Shown here in pieces: positions 20,093 through 28,504 of a DNA stretch of 49,204 nt. The notes under the pieces were generated by a model. That model was not told the origin of the DNA. It was given only the letters and a program-made list of their open reading frames with translations, and searched no databases. The position numbers and the translations under genes were made by a program. The stretch's first letter is position 1; each line of letters starts with the position of its first letter. The stretch is from sequence record DRR723986_13874; one strand, 5' to 3'.

Positions 20093-22366
20093 TCATGGCC
20101 GGCCTGTAAAGTCGTCGGTTTTTTCAGCCTGTGCGAAGTCGATAGCAAAAGCTTCTCTTTCGGACACTGTTCCGATCAATACCGGAGCGCTGTGGCTATG
20201 CTCCAAAAATGCGGAATAGATCTCTGCTTCTGGGCGGTTGCTGGCAAATAGTACACCACCACACGTCTGTGGGTCGAATAGGATTGCCCAATCGTGATCT
20301 CCTGCGTCACTCGGAAAATCAATCTGCATGCTGTAGCTGCGACGATTCGATTCCCAAAGACTTGAACGAATCCCCCGAGCCAGAAGTCTTCGAGCTCCTG
20401 GAAGAATCGGCAACCGCTCAAGATCCAGGCGTGCCGAAAGTCCAGCGGGCTGCAGCATCTCAATCAAGTGTCCCGCGACACCAAATCCGGTGATATCCGT
20501 CGCAGCCTCGATCTCCAAGTCCGCGGCCAAACGAGGAAAAGCGGCGTCCGTCGCAAGCATCGCATCAATCGCTTCGGTCCAGGAAGAAGCGTCGCACCGC
20601 CCTGCCCCATAGGCCGCCAGAATGACGCCGAATCCAAGGGGCTTGGTGACATAAAGACGATCACCAGGCTTGAGACTCCCTTTTCGAATATGTCCGTCAA
20701 CCAGCTCACCCAAAACGGTAAATCCAGCTTCTGCCCGAGGGCCTACGATGGTATGTCCGCCCGCGATTGTGGCACCAATCCGCTCGGCTTCCAAGGCAGC
20801 GCCAACTTGAAACTCAGTGAACCATTGCACCTGCGCCCGCGGCGAACCCGCGGGAATGACAACGTTTGCTAGTAGTTGTGTCGGAGTGGCACCGGAGACG
20901 ATCAAGTCGCTGGCAGAATGGATCGTAGCGATACGTCCGGCCAACCAAGCATCATCGGTCGGGAGCGAGAAAAAGTCGGTTGATGCCAGCAGTCTTCCTT
21001 TGCCGCCAGCAACCTCGATAGCATCTTCAATCGGAGGTGCATGGATATGTTCTGATCTCTGGTGGCTACCGATGTCGCCTTCTGGATTTGCGATCTGAGT
21101 GCCAGCAAGTCCAATTTCCAGTGCTGAAGCTGGCAGTTTGCAGCCGCAACCTGAGCATTGCATCACGTCTGAGGTGTCAGATTGCATCGGCTGCAGACGA
21201 AACTTCTGCATGAAGCTCTTGTCAATCCACTCTTTCGCCTTCCACCATGTCTTTCCATACGACGACAGAGACCAGTTTTGAGCGATCGCCCCTCCGTCGG
21301 CAGTGTTGAGTAGCTTTAAGAAGCGGCGCTGCGGTTGGTAATCTTTCAGGCCTTTTCCGTCGATGACTCGTTGGAGGTTCTCCCACAGTACGGGGCCTTG
21401 CCTGACGGCGTAGACTCCGGCTTTGGGCGTTGGGTTGTCCCGAAGGGTACCGCTGTCGCCAACGACAAAGATGCGATCGTTTGCAACACTCTGCAACGAT
21501 TGCTTGGTCAGCAAAAAGCCTCGCGAGTCCACTGGTAATCCCAGCTTGCCGAGGATGTTGGATCCTTTCGCGCCAGTTGCCCAGATGGCCAAGTCGAAAC
21601 GTTCCGCTTCGTTTCGATCGACAGACTGTTGGCAGTTGACCGTGATGCCCGCATTGGTGAGCTTTTGCATCGCGAGTTTTCTGGTCGATGCGAGTTCGCC
21701 TGGGAGAATCTCGGGTGCTCGGGTCGAAAGGTGATATTCAAACGGAGTGCTTTGCAGGGTTGGTTGTCTGGCGAAGAACTTCGGTAGGCACAAGGCTATT
21801 TCGACGCCCGCCGCGCCAGCACCAATTATTGCGACGCGTAGGTTCGATTTTCCTGCCTTAGCTCGCATCGCAACTTCCGCGCGATGGAGTAACCGCTCGG
21901 TAAAGGTCTGCATCGGTTTGATTGCGATGCTGCTTGGGCAGTTCAGCAATTCTGTGGGTATGCTTGGCACAGAACCGATCCCAATGCTTAGGGCATCGAA
22001 GGGCATTGGTGGTCGCTGCTCGAACAAGAGGCTGTTTGATTCGCCGTCCAAACCAATCGGTGAATCGATAATCAGGCGTACGCCGGCGATCTTGCACAAA
22101 CTAACCAGGTCGATTTCCAGGTCATCGCGTTCGCATTGTCCCGCCAGGAAAGCGGGCAGCATTCCTGAGTACGTCGCGATCGGAAAATTTGAGACGCAGG
22201 TCAGTCTGGTGTCGGGAATCGGATCCATGGCCCACATTCTCAAAATGTGAGCGTTGGTGTGCCCGGCTCCCCACAAGACAATGTGGTGCGTGCCCAGTGG
22301 GGGCGTCACTTGCGGTGCCACTCGTTGTTCTGGATGACCTGGGTTTGCCGTATTTGCCACCGTCAA
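20093..22366 (-). CDS. selD: Selenide, water dikinase SelD fused to an N-terminal FAD/NAD-dependent (NDH-2-like) oxidoreductase domain
   Basis: N-terminal GAGHTN and GAGAAGVE dinucleotide motifs, PKAGVYAVRQG. SelD part: CSGCGCK, STDFF, GGHT, DITGFG, DPQTCGG. The TTG start overlaps the selA stop. Confidence 0.92.
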   Translation of the reverse strand: MTVANTANPGHPEQRVAPQVTPPLGTHHIVLWGAGHTNAHILRMWAMDPIPDTRLTCVSNFPIATYSGMLPAFLAGQCERDDLEIDLVSLCKIAGVRLIIDSPIGLDGESNSLLFEQRPPMPFDALSIGIGSVPSIPTELLNCPSSIAIKPMQTFTERLLHRAEVAMRAKAGKSNLRVAIIGAGAAGVEIALCLPKFFARQPTLQSTPFEYHLSTRAPEILPGELASTRKLAMQKLTNAGITVNCQQSVDRNEAERFDLAIWATGAKGSNILGKLGLPVDSRGFLLTKQSLQSVANDRIFVVGDSGTLRDNPTPKAGVYAVRQGPVLWENLQRVIDGKGLKDYQPQRRFLKLLNTADGGAIAQNWSLSSYGKTWWKAKEWIDKSFMQKFRLQPMQSDTSDVMQCSGCGCKLPASALEIGLAGTQIANPEGDIGSHQRSEHIHAPPIEDAIEVAGGKGRLLASTDFFSLPTDDAWLAGRIATIHSASDLIVSGATPTQLLANVVIPAGSPRAQVQWFTEFQVGAALEAERIGATIAGGHTIVGPRAEAGFTVLGELVDGHIRKGSLKPGDRLYVTKPLGFGVILAAYGAGRCDASSWTEAIDAMLATDAAFPRLAADLEIEAATDITGFGVAGHLIEMLQPAGLSARLDLERLPILPGARRLLARGIRSSLWESNRRSYSMQIDFPSDAGDHDWAILFDPQTCGGVLFASNRPEAEIYSAFLEHSHSAPVLIGTVSEREAFAIDFAQAEKTDDFTGRP

Positions 22367-23790
22367 GCCTCGCCCTCGGCAATGTCGATTGCTCGCTGCA
22401 AGCCCTCACTAAACAGCCCGAGTTGTTCGGGAAGCACTGTTCGCAAATCCAAAACAAGTCGATCATCGTTCACGCGGCCAACAATTGCAGGTTGCGATCG
22501 ACGTAAAATCGTAGCTAACTGTTCTGGCGTTGCGAGAGAATTGCCCGACGGAGAAATTGTAATGCCGACACTCGGTAACTCTTTTCCAGGTAGTGTGCCG
22601 CCCCCGGTAAAGCCGGAGGTTTCAACGATCTCAATTTGATGGGATCGTGGTGAAAGTGAGGCAACAACTTGCTTGCAAGTCTCGCGGAGAGATTCCTCGC
22701 TCTGCGACAACATCGCGTGAAGCGGGATCTGTTCCAGTCGCTCAGACATGTACAGTTCCAGCGTGGCTTCGAGGGCCGCCAACGTTAGCTTGCAAACCCG
22801 CATTGCTCGCATCAACGGGTGTTTGCGGAGACATTCAATCCACTTTTGTCGGCCCACAATAATTCCACACTGCGGGCCGCCAAGCAGCTTGTCTCCACTG
22901 AAAAGAGTCAGGTCAGCTCCTGAGGAAACGCTCTGATGAACCAGTGTTTCCTGGTCACCAATGTGAGGTAGGTCCACGATCATTCCACTGCCAAGATCAT
23001 CGATCATCGGAATGTCAGTTGAGTGGGCTACTTCGGAAAGTTCCGCCGTTGTTGGTTCGGTGCAAAAGCCAGACAGCGCGAAATTGCTTCGGTGAACCCG
23101 CATGATTGCGGCTGCTTCACTTGCTATCGGGCCTTGATAGTCCCTGACGTAGGTTCGGTTTGTAGTGCCGACTTCTGCCAGCGCAACACCAGCGGCTTCG
23201 AAGACTTCGGGAAGTCGAAAACCGCCCCCGATTTCCACCAGTTGGCTGCGCGAAATCAATACTTTTCGCCCGGACGCCGTCGCGGCCAAGGCAAGCAGAG
23301 TCGCCGCGGCGCAATTGTTGACCACGATGGCGTCTTCACTGCCACAATACTGTCGTATCAGCGAAGTGCACCGAAGACCGCGTTTGCTCCGTTTTCCAGA
23401 CTCTAGGTCAATTTCTATGTTTGCGTAACCCGCGGCTTGGCGAACACGATCGATCGCGTTCGGCGCGAGCGGTGCACGCCCGAGATTGGTGTGCAACAGT
23501 ATCCCGGTTGCATTGATGACGGTGTCCAGCGCCGACGACCTGTCCAATTCGCAGGCTTGCCTTAGTCGAATGGCAACCACTTTTGTCAGCTCAGACTTGC
23601 TCCTGCCATCACCTGCCTCAGTGAGACTTGTTCGCAAATCGGCAAGGAGCTCTCGCGCTCGTTCGACAATCCAAGTTCGGCCCTTCTCGTGGATCAAGCT
23701 TGCGACATCTGGGTGCTGAATCACACTGGTCATCGAGGGTAGCCGAGCCAGAGGTGACACCGCTGCATCTTGTTTTGGATTGCTTGCCAT
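22363..23790 (-). CDS. selA: L-seryl-tRNA(Sec) selenium transferase
   Basis: VINATGILLHTNLGRAPL, VNNCAAA, SRSQLVEIGGGFRLP, EVGTTNRT, DDLGSG, PLP-lysine motif FSGDKLLGGPQ, LDLRTV. Confidence 0.96.
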   Translation of the reverse strand: MASNPKQDAAVSPLARLPSMTSVIQHPDVASLIHEKGRTWIVERARELLADLRTSLTEAGDGRSKSELTKVVAIRLRQACELDRSSALDTVINATGILLHTNLGRAPLAPNAIDRVRQAAGYANIEIDLESGKRSKRGLRCTSLIRQYCGSEDAIVVNNCAAATLLALAATASGRKVLISRSQLVEIGGGFRLPEVFEAAGVALAEVGTTNRTYVRDYQGPIASEAAAIMRVHRSNFALSGFCTEPTTAELSEVAHSTDIPMIDDLGSGMIVDLPHIGDQETLVHQSVSSGADLTLFSGDKLLGGPQCGIIVGRQKWIECLRKHPLMRAMRVCKLTLAALEATLELYMSERLEQIPLHAMLSQSEESLRETCKQVVASLSPRSHQIEIVETSGFTGGGTLPGKELPSVGITISPSGNSLATPEQLATILRRSQPAIVGRVNDDRLVLDLRTVLPEQLGLFSEGLQRAIDIAEGEA

Positions 23791-23792
23791 GT

Positions 23793-25808
23793 TCAGCGCA
23801 GTTCCTCGAGTCGCTCGTTCGCAGAGCTACTAACGGTCCGTTGGTCGCCACTTCGGATTGTCAGCCCCTTGCGGTCGAAGGTCTCCAGTAGTGGGACGAC
23901 GTATTTTCGTGTCAGTTGAAGTTTATCGCGAATCTCCGAGACGGTTGCCGCCCCATCCTCGCGAAGCCAAGTTGTGGTGATTTCAGCCAATGAGAAAAAT
24001 TGTTCTGTGCTGAAAAAGAAGTCTGTCCCGACGGGTATGGCTCGATCTTGTGATTGTAGAATCTTCAGCAATTGTGTTGCCTCTTTGGCGGGAATGCCAG
24101 CCTCTTTCGCGAGTTCTTTAGTCGCCGGGGGCGTCATGCAATTGATAGACTCGGCAAACTGCTCCAGGATTTGACTCTGCTTCTTCGTCAATTGCGTCGC
24201 AAACTCGGGCGGTGCGACGAATTGTCCTGCCGTGGCAATCTTCTGTTCTTTAATTGCTAATTTGACAGCTTCACTTGCTATCCTCGCGTCGGTGAATTCT
24301 GCCAAGGATTGCTCCAGGCTCGTGGCGGGCAACCAACTGCCAGTTTGAGCGGAATTCGTGCGATGAACGGTACCGCTGGATTCCGCGCCATGGCGAAGCC
24401 GGATCGAGGCTTGGTCGGCGAGCCATGTTAAGAAGGCACTGCTGATAAGCCGGCTGCCGATTCGCTTTACGTTGTCTTGCTTCGAGAGCTGTTTGTATGC
24501 GGATGAGTAGTCGTCGGTGACCAACGCATAAAAACTACTCAGCGATGCTTCGTCAGCCTCCAACACATTGCAGTATTCTAGCGTTTCGGTCAGGAGTTCC
24601 TTTGGAGCGGTCATTGATCGCAGTTTGTTCGCCAGTACAAATTCAGGTGGCGAGTCAAGTTGTTGAATCCGAGCTTTACGCCATCGATTCCATACACGTT
24701 GGTCGCTCGGGAAACGCAGATTTTGAAGTAGATTCATATCCGCAACGACAATGCCACTTGCGAGTGTCCCGACCGGATACGGTTGCCGAAGGAGGATGCT
24801 CTGGCCAAACTGAGCGACGATTGGTGTCTTCGTTCGAATACGAAGTATCCCAGTTCGGAAATCTTTGCTGCTCCCCAGTAGGCTGGCGTCGCAAGTCGAG
24901 GTCGCCGAGTGCAATTGTGCGGTCGAGGGAAGCTTCAGTGACGGTGCATCATTGAACAGATTTACTTGGACCAGGATGTCGTCTGTTGTTGCCAGGCCGT
25001 CGACGGCAAGTAGTTCATCGCCACGCGAGATCGAGCCAATCTCTCCGACGAGATTCACCGCAGTCCGATAGCCTGGTTCAGCAGTTTCAACCGACTGAGA
25101 ATGCTGTTCGATGCTACGCACTCGCATCGTAGTGTCGTGGCCAGCCAGAGTGAGTGAATCTCCCACGGTGATCCGCCCGTCGAACAACGTTCCGGCTGCC
25201 ACCCAGCCTCGCCCTTCGACTCGCAAGACGCGATCAACCGGCAGACGCGTGGGTAACTCTGCTCGGGCCTCCGAACGAGTTACGGTAGCCGCCAATGACT
25301 GTAGCGTTTCAAGTAAGCCTTCGATGCCTTGGTCGGTCTTCGCACTGCAGTGGCAGATTGGAAAGTCCTCGTAGCCAACCTCAGATAGAAATAGCAAGAG
25401 TTCTTCGTCCAACTCATCCAGGCGTTTGGCATCGCTCAGGTCAATACGCGTCACGACGACCACGAGTCTACTGACTCCCATGCCTTTCAGGATGGCTGCG
25501 TGTTCTATCGTCTGAGCTTGGATACCTTGGTCAGCCGCGACGATGAGCATTGCGATATCGAGATTGGCGACACCGGCGAGAAGGTTTCCGATATACCGAG
25601 TGTGCCCAGGTGCATCTATGAGTGCGAAGCGTTGGTTGGAGACGGTGAACTCTGCAAAGCCAAGATCGATCGTAATGCCGCGGCGTTTCTCTTCTGGATG
25701 CGTGTCCGTGTTTTTTCCAGAAAGCCGCTCGGTAAGCGTGGTTTTTCCGTGATCAATATGCCCGGTGACGCCGACTGTAAAATAGCCCTGGTCCTGCGGT
25801 GCATTCAT
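23793..25808 (-). CDS. selB: Selenocysteine-specific translation elongation factor
   Basis: GHIDHGKTT, EEKRRGITIDLGF, DAPGH, RLPVDRV, RTAVNL; C-terminal SECIS-binding winged helix IRDKLQLTRKYVVPLLETFDRKGLTIRSGDQR. Stop lies 2 nt upstream of the selA start. Confidence 0.93.
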   Translation of the reverse strand: MNAPQDQGYFTVGVTGHIDHGKTTLTERLSGKNTDTHPEEKRRGITIDLGFAEFTVSNQRFALIDAPGHTRYIGNLLAGVANLDIAMLIVAADQGIQAQTIEHAAILKGMGVSRLVVVVTRIDLSDAKRLDELDEELLLFLSEVGYEDFPICHCSAKTDQGIEGLLETLQSLAATVTRSEARAELPTRLPVDRVLRVEGRGWVAAGTLFDGRITVGDSLTLAGHDTTMRVRSIEQHSQSVETAEPGYRTAVNLVGEIGSISRGDELLAVDGLATTDDILVQVNLFNDAPSLKLPSTAQLHSATSTCDASLLGSSKDFRTGILRIRTKTPIVAQFGQSILLRQPYPVGTLASGIVVADMNLLQNLRFPSDQRVWNRWRKARIQQLDSPPEFVLANKLRSMTAPKELLTETLEYCNVLEADEASLSSFYALVTDDYSSAYKQLSKQDNVKRIGSRLISSAFLTWLADQASIRLRHGAESSGTVHRTNSAQTGSWLPATSLEQSLAEFTDARIASEAVKLAIKEQKIATAGQFVAPPEFATQLTKKQSQILEQFAESINCMTPPATKELAKEAGIPAKEATQLLKILQSQDRAIPVGTDFFFSTEQFFSLAEITTTWLREDGAATVSEIRDKLQLTRKYVVPLLETFDRKGLTIRSGDQRTVSSSANERLEELR

Positions 25809-25870
25809 TGCAATCTTGCTATTCAGACGAAGGCGACGGATAAAGGGGCGACTACTGCGAGGAGTAGATG

Positions 25871-28105
25871 TTACCGCGTCGTCTTGCGTTCATACAGTGG
25901 ATCGTTTGCCGCGTTGATCTTCAAGCGTCCTGTGGCTTGAGATTTCTTCCATTGACTGATCGCAGCTTTCGTTGGACGTGCCGGCAAGTAACTGCCTCGC
26001 GACCCAGTCAAGTTCTCCAGGGAGTCGATCGCCAGCACTCTGGCCAGCAGCGATCTAGATTCCAACTGTGCGATTAGGAAAGAGATGGCGGTATCTGGGT
26101 AGTCGGCTGCCGGAGAGCCGACCAGCAGCTTACGAAGATCGCCAGGATTCGTATCCTGGATGCGAGCGCCAATTGCATTGGATATCTCCTCCGCGTCCAA
26201 GGCACCAGCCGCGATCAGTTCTCGCAGCAAGCTAATTGTTTCTTTCCAATGCGCTGAGCAGCGGGGATCAGAGAGAACGGCGACAGCGGGCTTGAAATCC
26301 TTCATCAGCAGAGCAGCGTGAGCCGCGGCAGCCCGCGTTTCGGGACGCCGGCTCTGCGTTGCTTGTTGAGTTGCATCTGCGACTGATTTCCCCTGCGCGA
26401 CCTGGCTTCCCAGAATAAAGGTCAGGTCTTCGGCCGCCAGCCGTTCAGCTTGATTACGACTTTCGTCCCTCAGCCAAAGTGATACCTGGCTGATTTTGAA
26501 AATACGAGGTTGGTCCCGGTCGACGAATGCTACGCCGTCGCCAGGCTCAAGTGCGACTGGCGTAGCTTCACCAAAACCGATGACAGCCGAATTCTCAAGC
26601 GCTAAGAAAACCGTAACGTTACGATAGGCCTTGGCATCATCCAGCGTCCCCAAACCGAAACGCCGCGTGTTGCGTTCTACCGTCAATCGGCAGTCTTGTG
26701 CAAGAGAGAGTTGGAACGTTCGGTCTTTCGTTCTAAGTGCTACTTTGGCTGGCTTTCCCTCAGGTGTAGCGACAAGTCCACGACCGAAATCTAGTTGAAG
26801 CTGCGTCGCTGCACCGTCGTCAATGATCTGCGCCAAAAGGGGCCCCCGCATGGCAAACTTGGGCGGCGAGTCGGGGCCATCGGTTGGCATCGAAAAAGTC
26901 GTCCAAAGTTGACTTGGCAGCAGAATCTCATTCCCGCTTCCAATTGGGCTCTCCGGCGTAGCAAGCGTTACTTGTGCGTTGGCGTCGCGAACGAGAACGG
27001 GTGCTTCCGCCTGTTCTGCATCCAGAGGCTGCCAGGTCAGTAGTCCTGCATCTACTGTTTGAGGTGTGTCGGTCGACGGCGAGTCTGATGCTAGTGGATT
27101 GGCCGCTGAATCGGGGCTAAGCTTTCCATCGGTGGAAGGCTTATCCGCGTCATCACCCCGTGAGTCGGATTCTCCTGCGCTGTTCGCATTCACGCCGTCA
27201 GCATTCACGCTGGTCATTGGAGGCGTGGGGACGTTGGAGTCGTTGTTTTCGTCGAGCGCGGTTGACGCGGGTTCGGCACGATCTGGCTTTGGAGTTGGAT
27301 CGTCCACGGGTGCAGTAGGTTGATCTTCGGAAGGTGCTCCCGCGGTGAAGAGCTTTGATATTTCATCCCATGGTCCCAAGGTCTGCCAAACTAGCAGCAA
27401 GAGAAGGCCGCAAAGGCCTGCGATTGCAGACGGCACCAACCATCGACCACGCTGGTTTCCTCGCAAATACTCGGGCACTTCCGATGGAAGACTCGCTGTT
27501 TCCAAGTCGAGCCCTTCCGGGCGAATCGACGTTCCCGCGGAGGCAACCATCGGAACCTGGACATTCAGCTCAGTGGGTGTTGGTGAATCGGAGTCTTCGG
27601 AAGCTGGCAGATGATGGCCCGCAGGATCGTGCGCGGCATCAACTCGCTCCAATACGGCGGCTTTTACGATGCGGTTTGATGTTCGACTGCCCGCGATTTT
27701 CCGCACACGTTGGATCTCTTCCGCGTCGGTCATCTTAAGCGCTTGTTCGCGGAGCGACTTTGGGACGTCGATCTGAGTTGTCAAAGCCGTCGTCAACAAT
27801 TCGTGGCAGTCTGCCAGCTCAGAGAGTTGAGCGTCGGATAGCAGGCAGATTCGCTCCATTTCGGGAACGTGTGCGGACTGCAGTGAATCGTCCAAGTACT
27901 CTGAAACGGTGTTGGCGTCGGAGCCTAGTCCGGTCCCCAAGACTGGCGGCGAACCGATTCCATCTTTGTGAGCGACCGAATCAATGCGGCGCAAGAGATT
28001 ACTGGCAAAATCGCTCTTCTGAATGCGGCCGTGCAGACTGGCGTGATCGTCGTCGCTCAGCACTCGATCGCGATACGCTAGCAGTGTTCTAAGGGTCAGT
28101 CGCAT
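25871..28105 (-). CDS. Single-pass membrane hypothetical protein with anti-sigma-like architecture
   Basis: 744 aa; N-terminal MRLTLRTLLAYRDRVL...EYLDDSL; one TM (WLVPSAIAGLCGLLLLLVW); Pro/Asp/Ser-rich linker; beta-rich then helical C-terminal region. Confidence 0.7.
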   Translation of the reverse strand: MRLTLRTLLAYRDRVLSDDDHASLHGRIQKSDFASNLLRRIDSVAHKDGIGSPPVLGTGLGSDANTVSEYLDDSLQSAHVPEMERICLLSDAQLSELADCHELLTTALTTQIDVPKSLREQALKMTDAEEIQRVRKIAGSRTSNRIVKAAVLERVDAAHDPAGHHLPASEDSDSPTPTELNVQVPMVASAGTSIRPEGLDLETASLPSEVPEYLRGNQRGRWLVPSAIAGLCGLLLLLVWQTLGPWDEISKLFTAGAPSEDQPTAPVDDPTPKPDRAEPASTALDENNDSNVPTPPMTSVNADGVNANSAGESDSRGDDADKPSTDGKLSPDSAANPLASDSPSTDTPQTVDAGLLTWQPLDAEQAEAPVLVRDANAQVTLATPESPIGSGNEILLPSQLWTTFSMPTDGPDSPPKFAMRGPLLAQIIDDGAATQLQLDFGRGLVATPEGKPAKVALRTKDRTFQLSLAQDCRLTVERNTRRFGLGTLDDAKAYRNVTVFLALENSAVIGFGEATPVALEPGDGVAFVDRDQPRIFKISQVSLWLRDESRNQAERLAAEDLTFILGSQVAQGKSVADATQQATQSRRPETRAAAAHAALLMKDFKPAVAVLSDPRCSAHWKETISLLRELIAAGALDAEEISNAIGARIQDTNPGDLRKLLVGSPAADYPDTAISFLIAQLESRSLLARVLAIDSLENLTGSRGSYLPARPTKAAISQWKKSQATGRLKINAANDPLYERKTTR

Positions 28106-28504
28106 GATTCAAACGCGTCTTTCACGGAAGAGAATCGACAGATTATCAGGATAGGAGCGTGGTCGACGAGGCTAAATTGGGTCAAACCGCATTGGGTTAT
28201 CGATGTCTTGTCACGCTTGCCTACTTGCCCAGCGAAATGGGCCTCCCTGTACAGTTAGTGACAGCCAGCACCGTCGTCCGTGCAGGTTTCTCCGAAAAAA
28301 ACGAATTTTCCACCAGTTTTTGAACACGCGCCAAGTTTGCCTAGCGGTCAGAATGTCGGCCGGTAAGTTTGCCATCCAGCAAGAATGCAACAACACGGCC
28401 GCCGATGCCGCCAGCGGATTGTGGATGCTCCGCAGTTGATCCTGCTTACGGCGCTCGGTGCCGTTTAACTGGCGGCGTGTTCCGAGCCCTTCACTGGACG
28501 ATTC

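Noticed and set aside
20020-20095. Readthrough of the selD TGA stop as Sec
   Set aside because: SelD is already complete, the extension runs through the opposite-strand terminator, and there is no redox motif context.
25809-28504. tRNA-Sec (selC) near the sel operon
   Set aside because: No cloverleaf with a TCA anticodon and T-loop was found by eye in the flanking gaps; a covariance-model search is still advisable.
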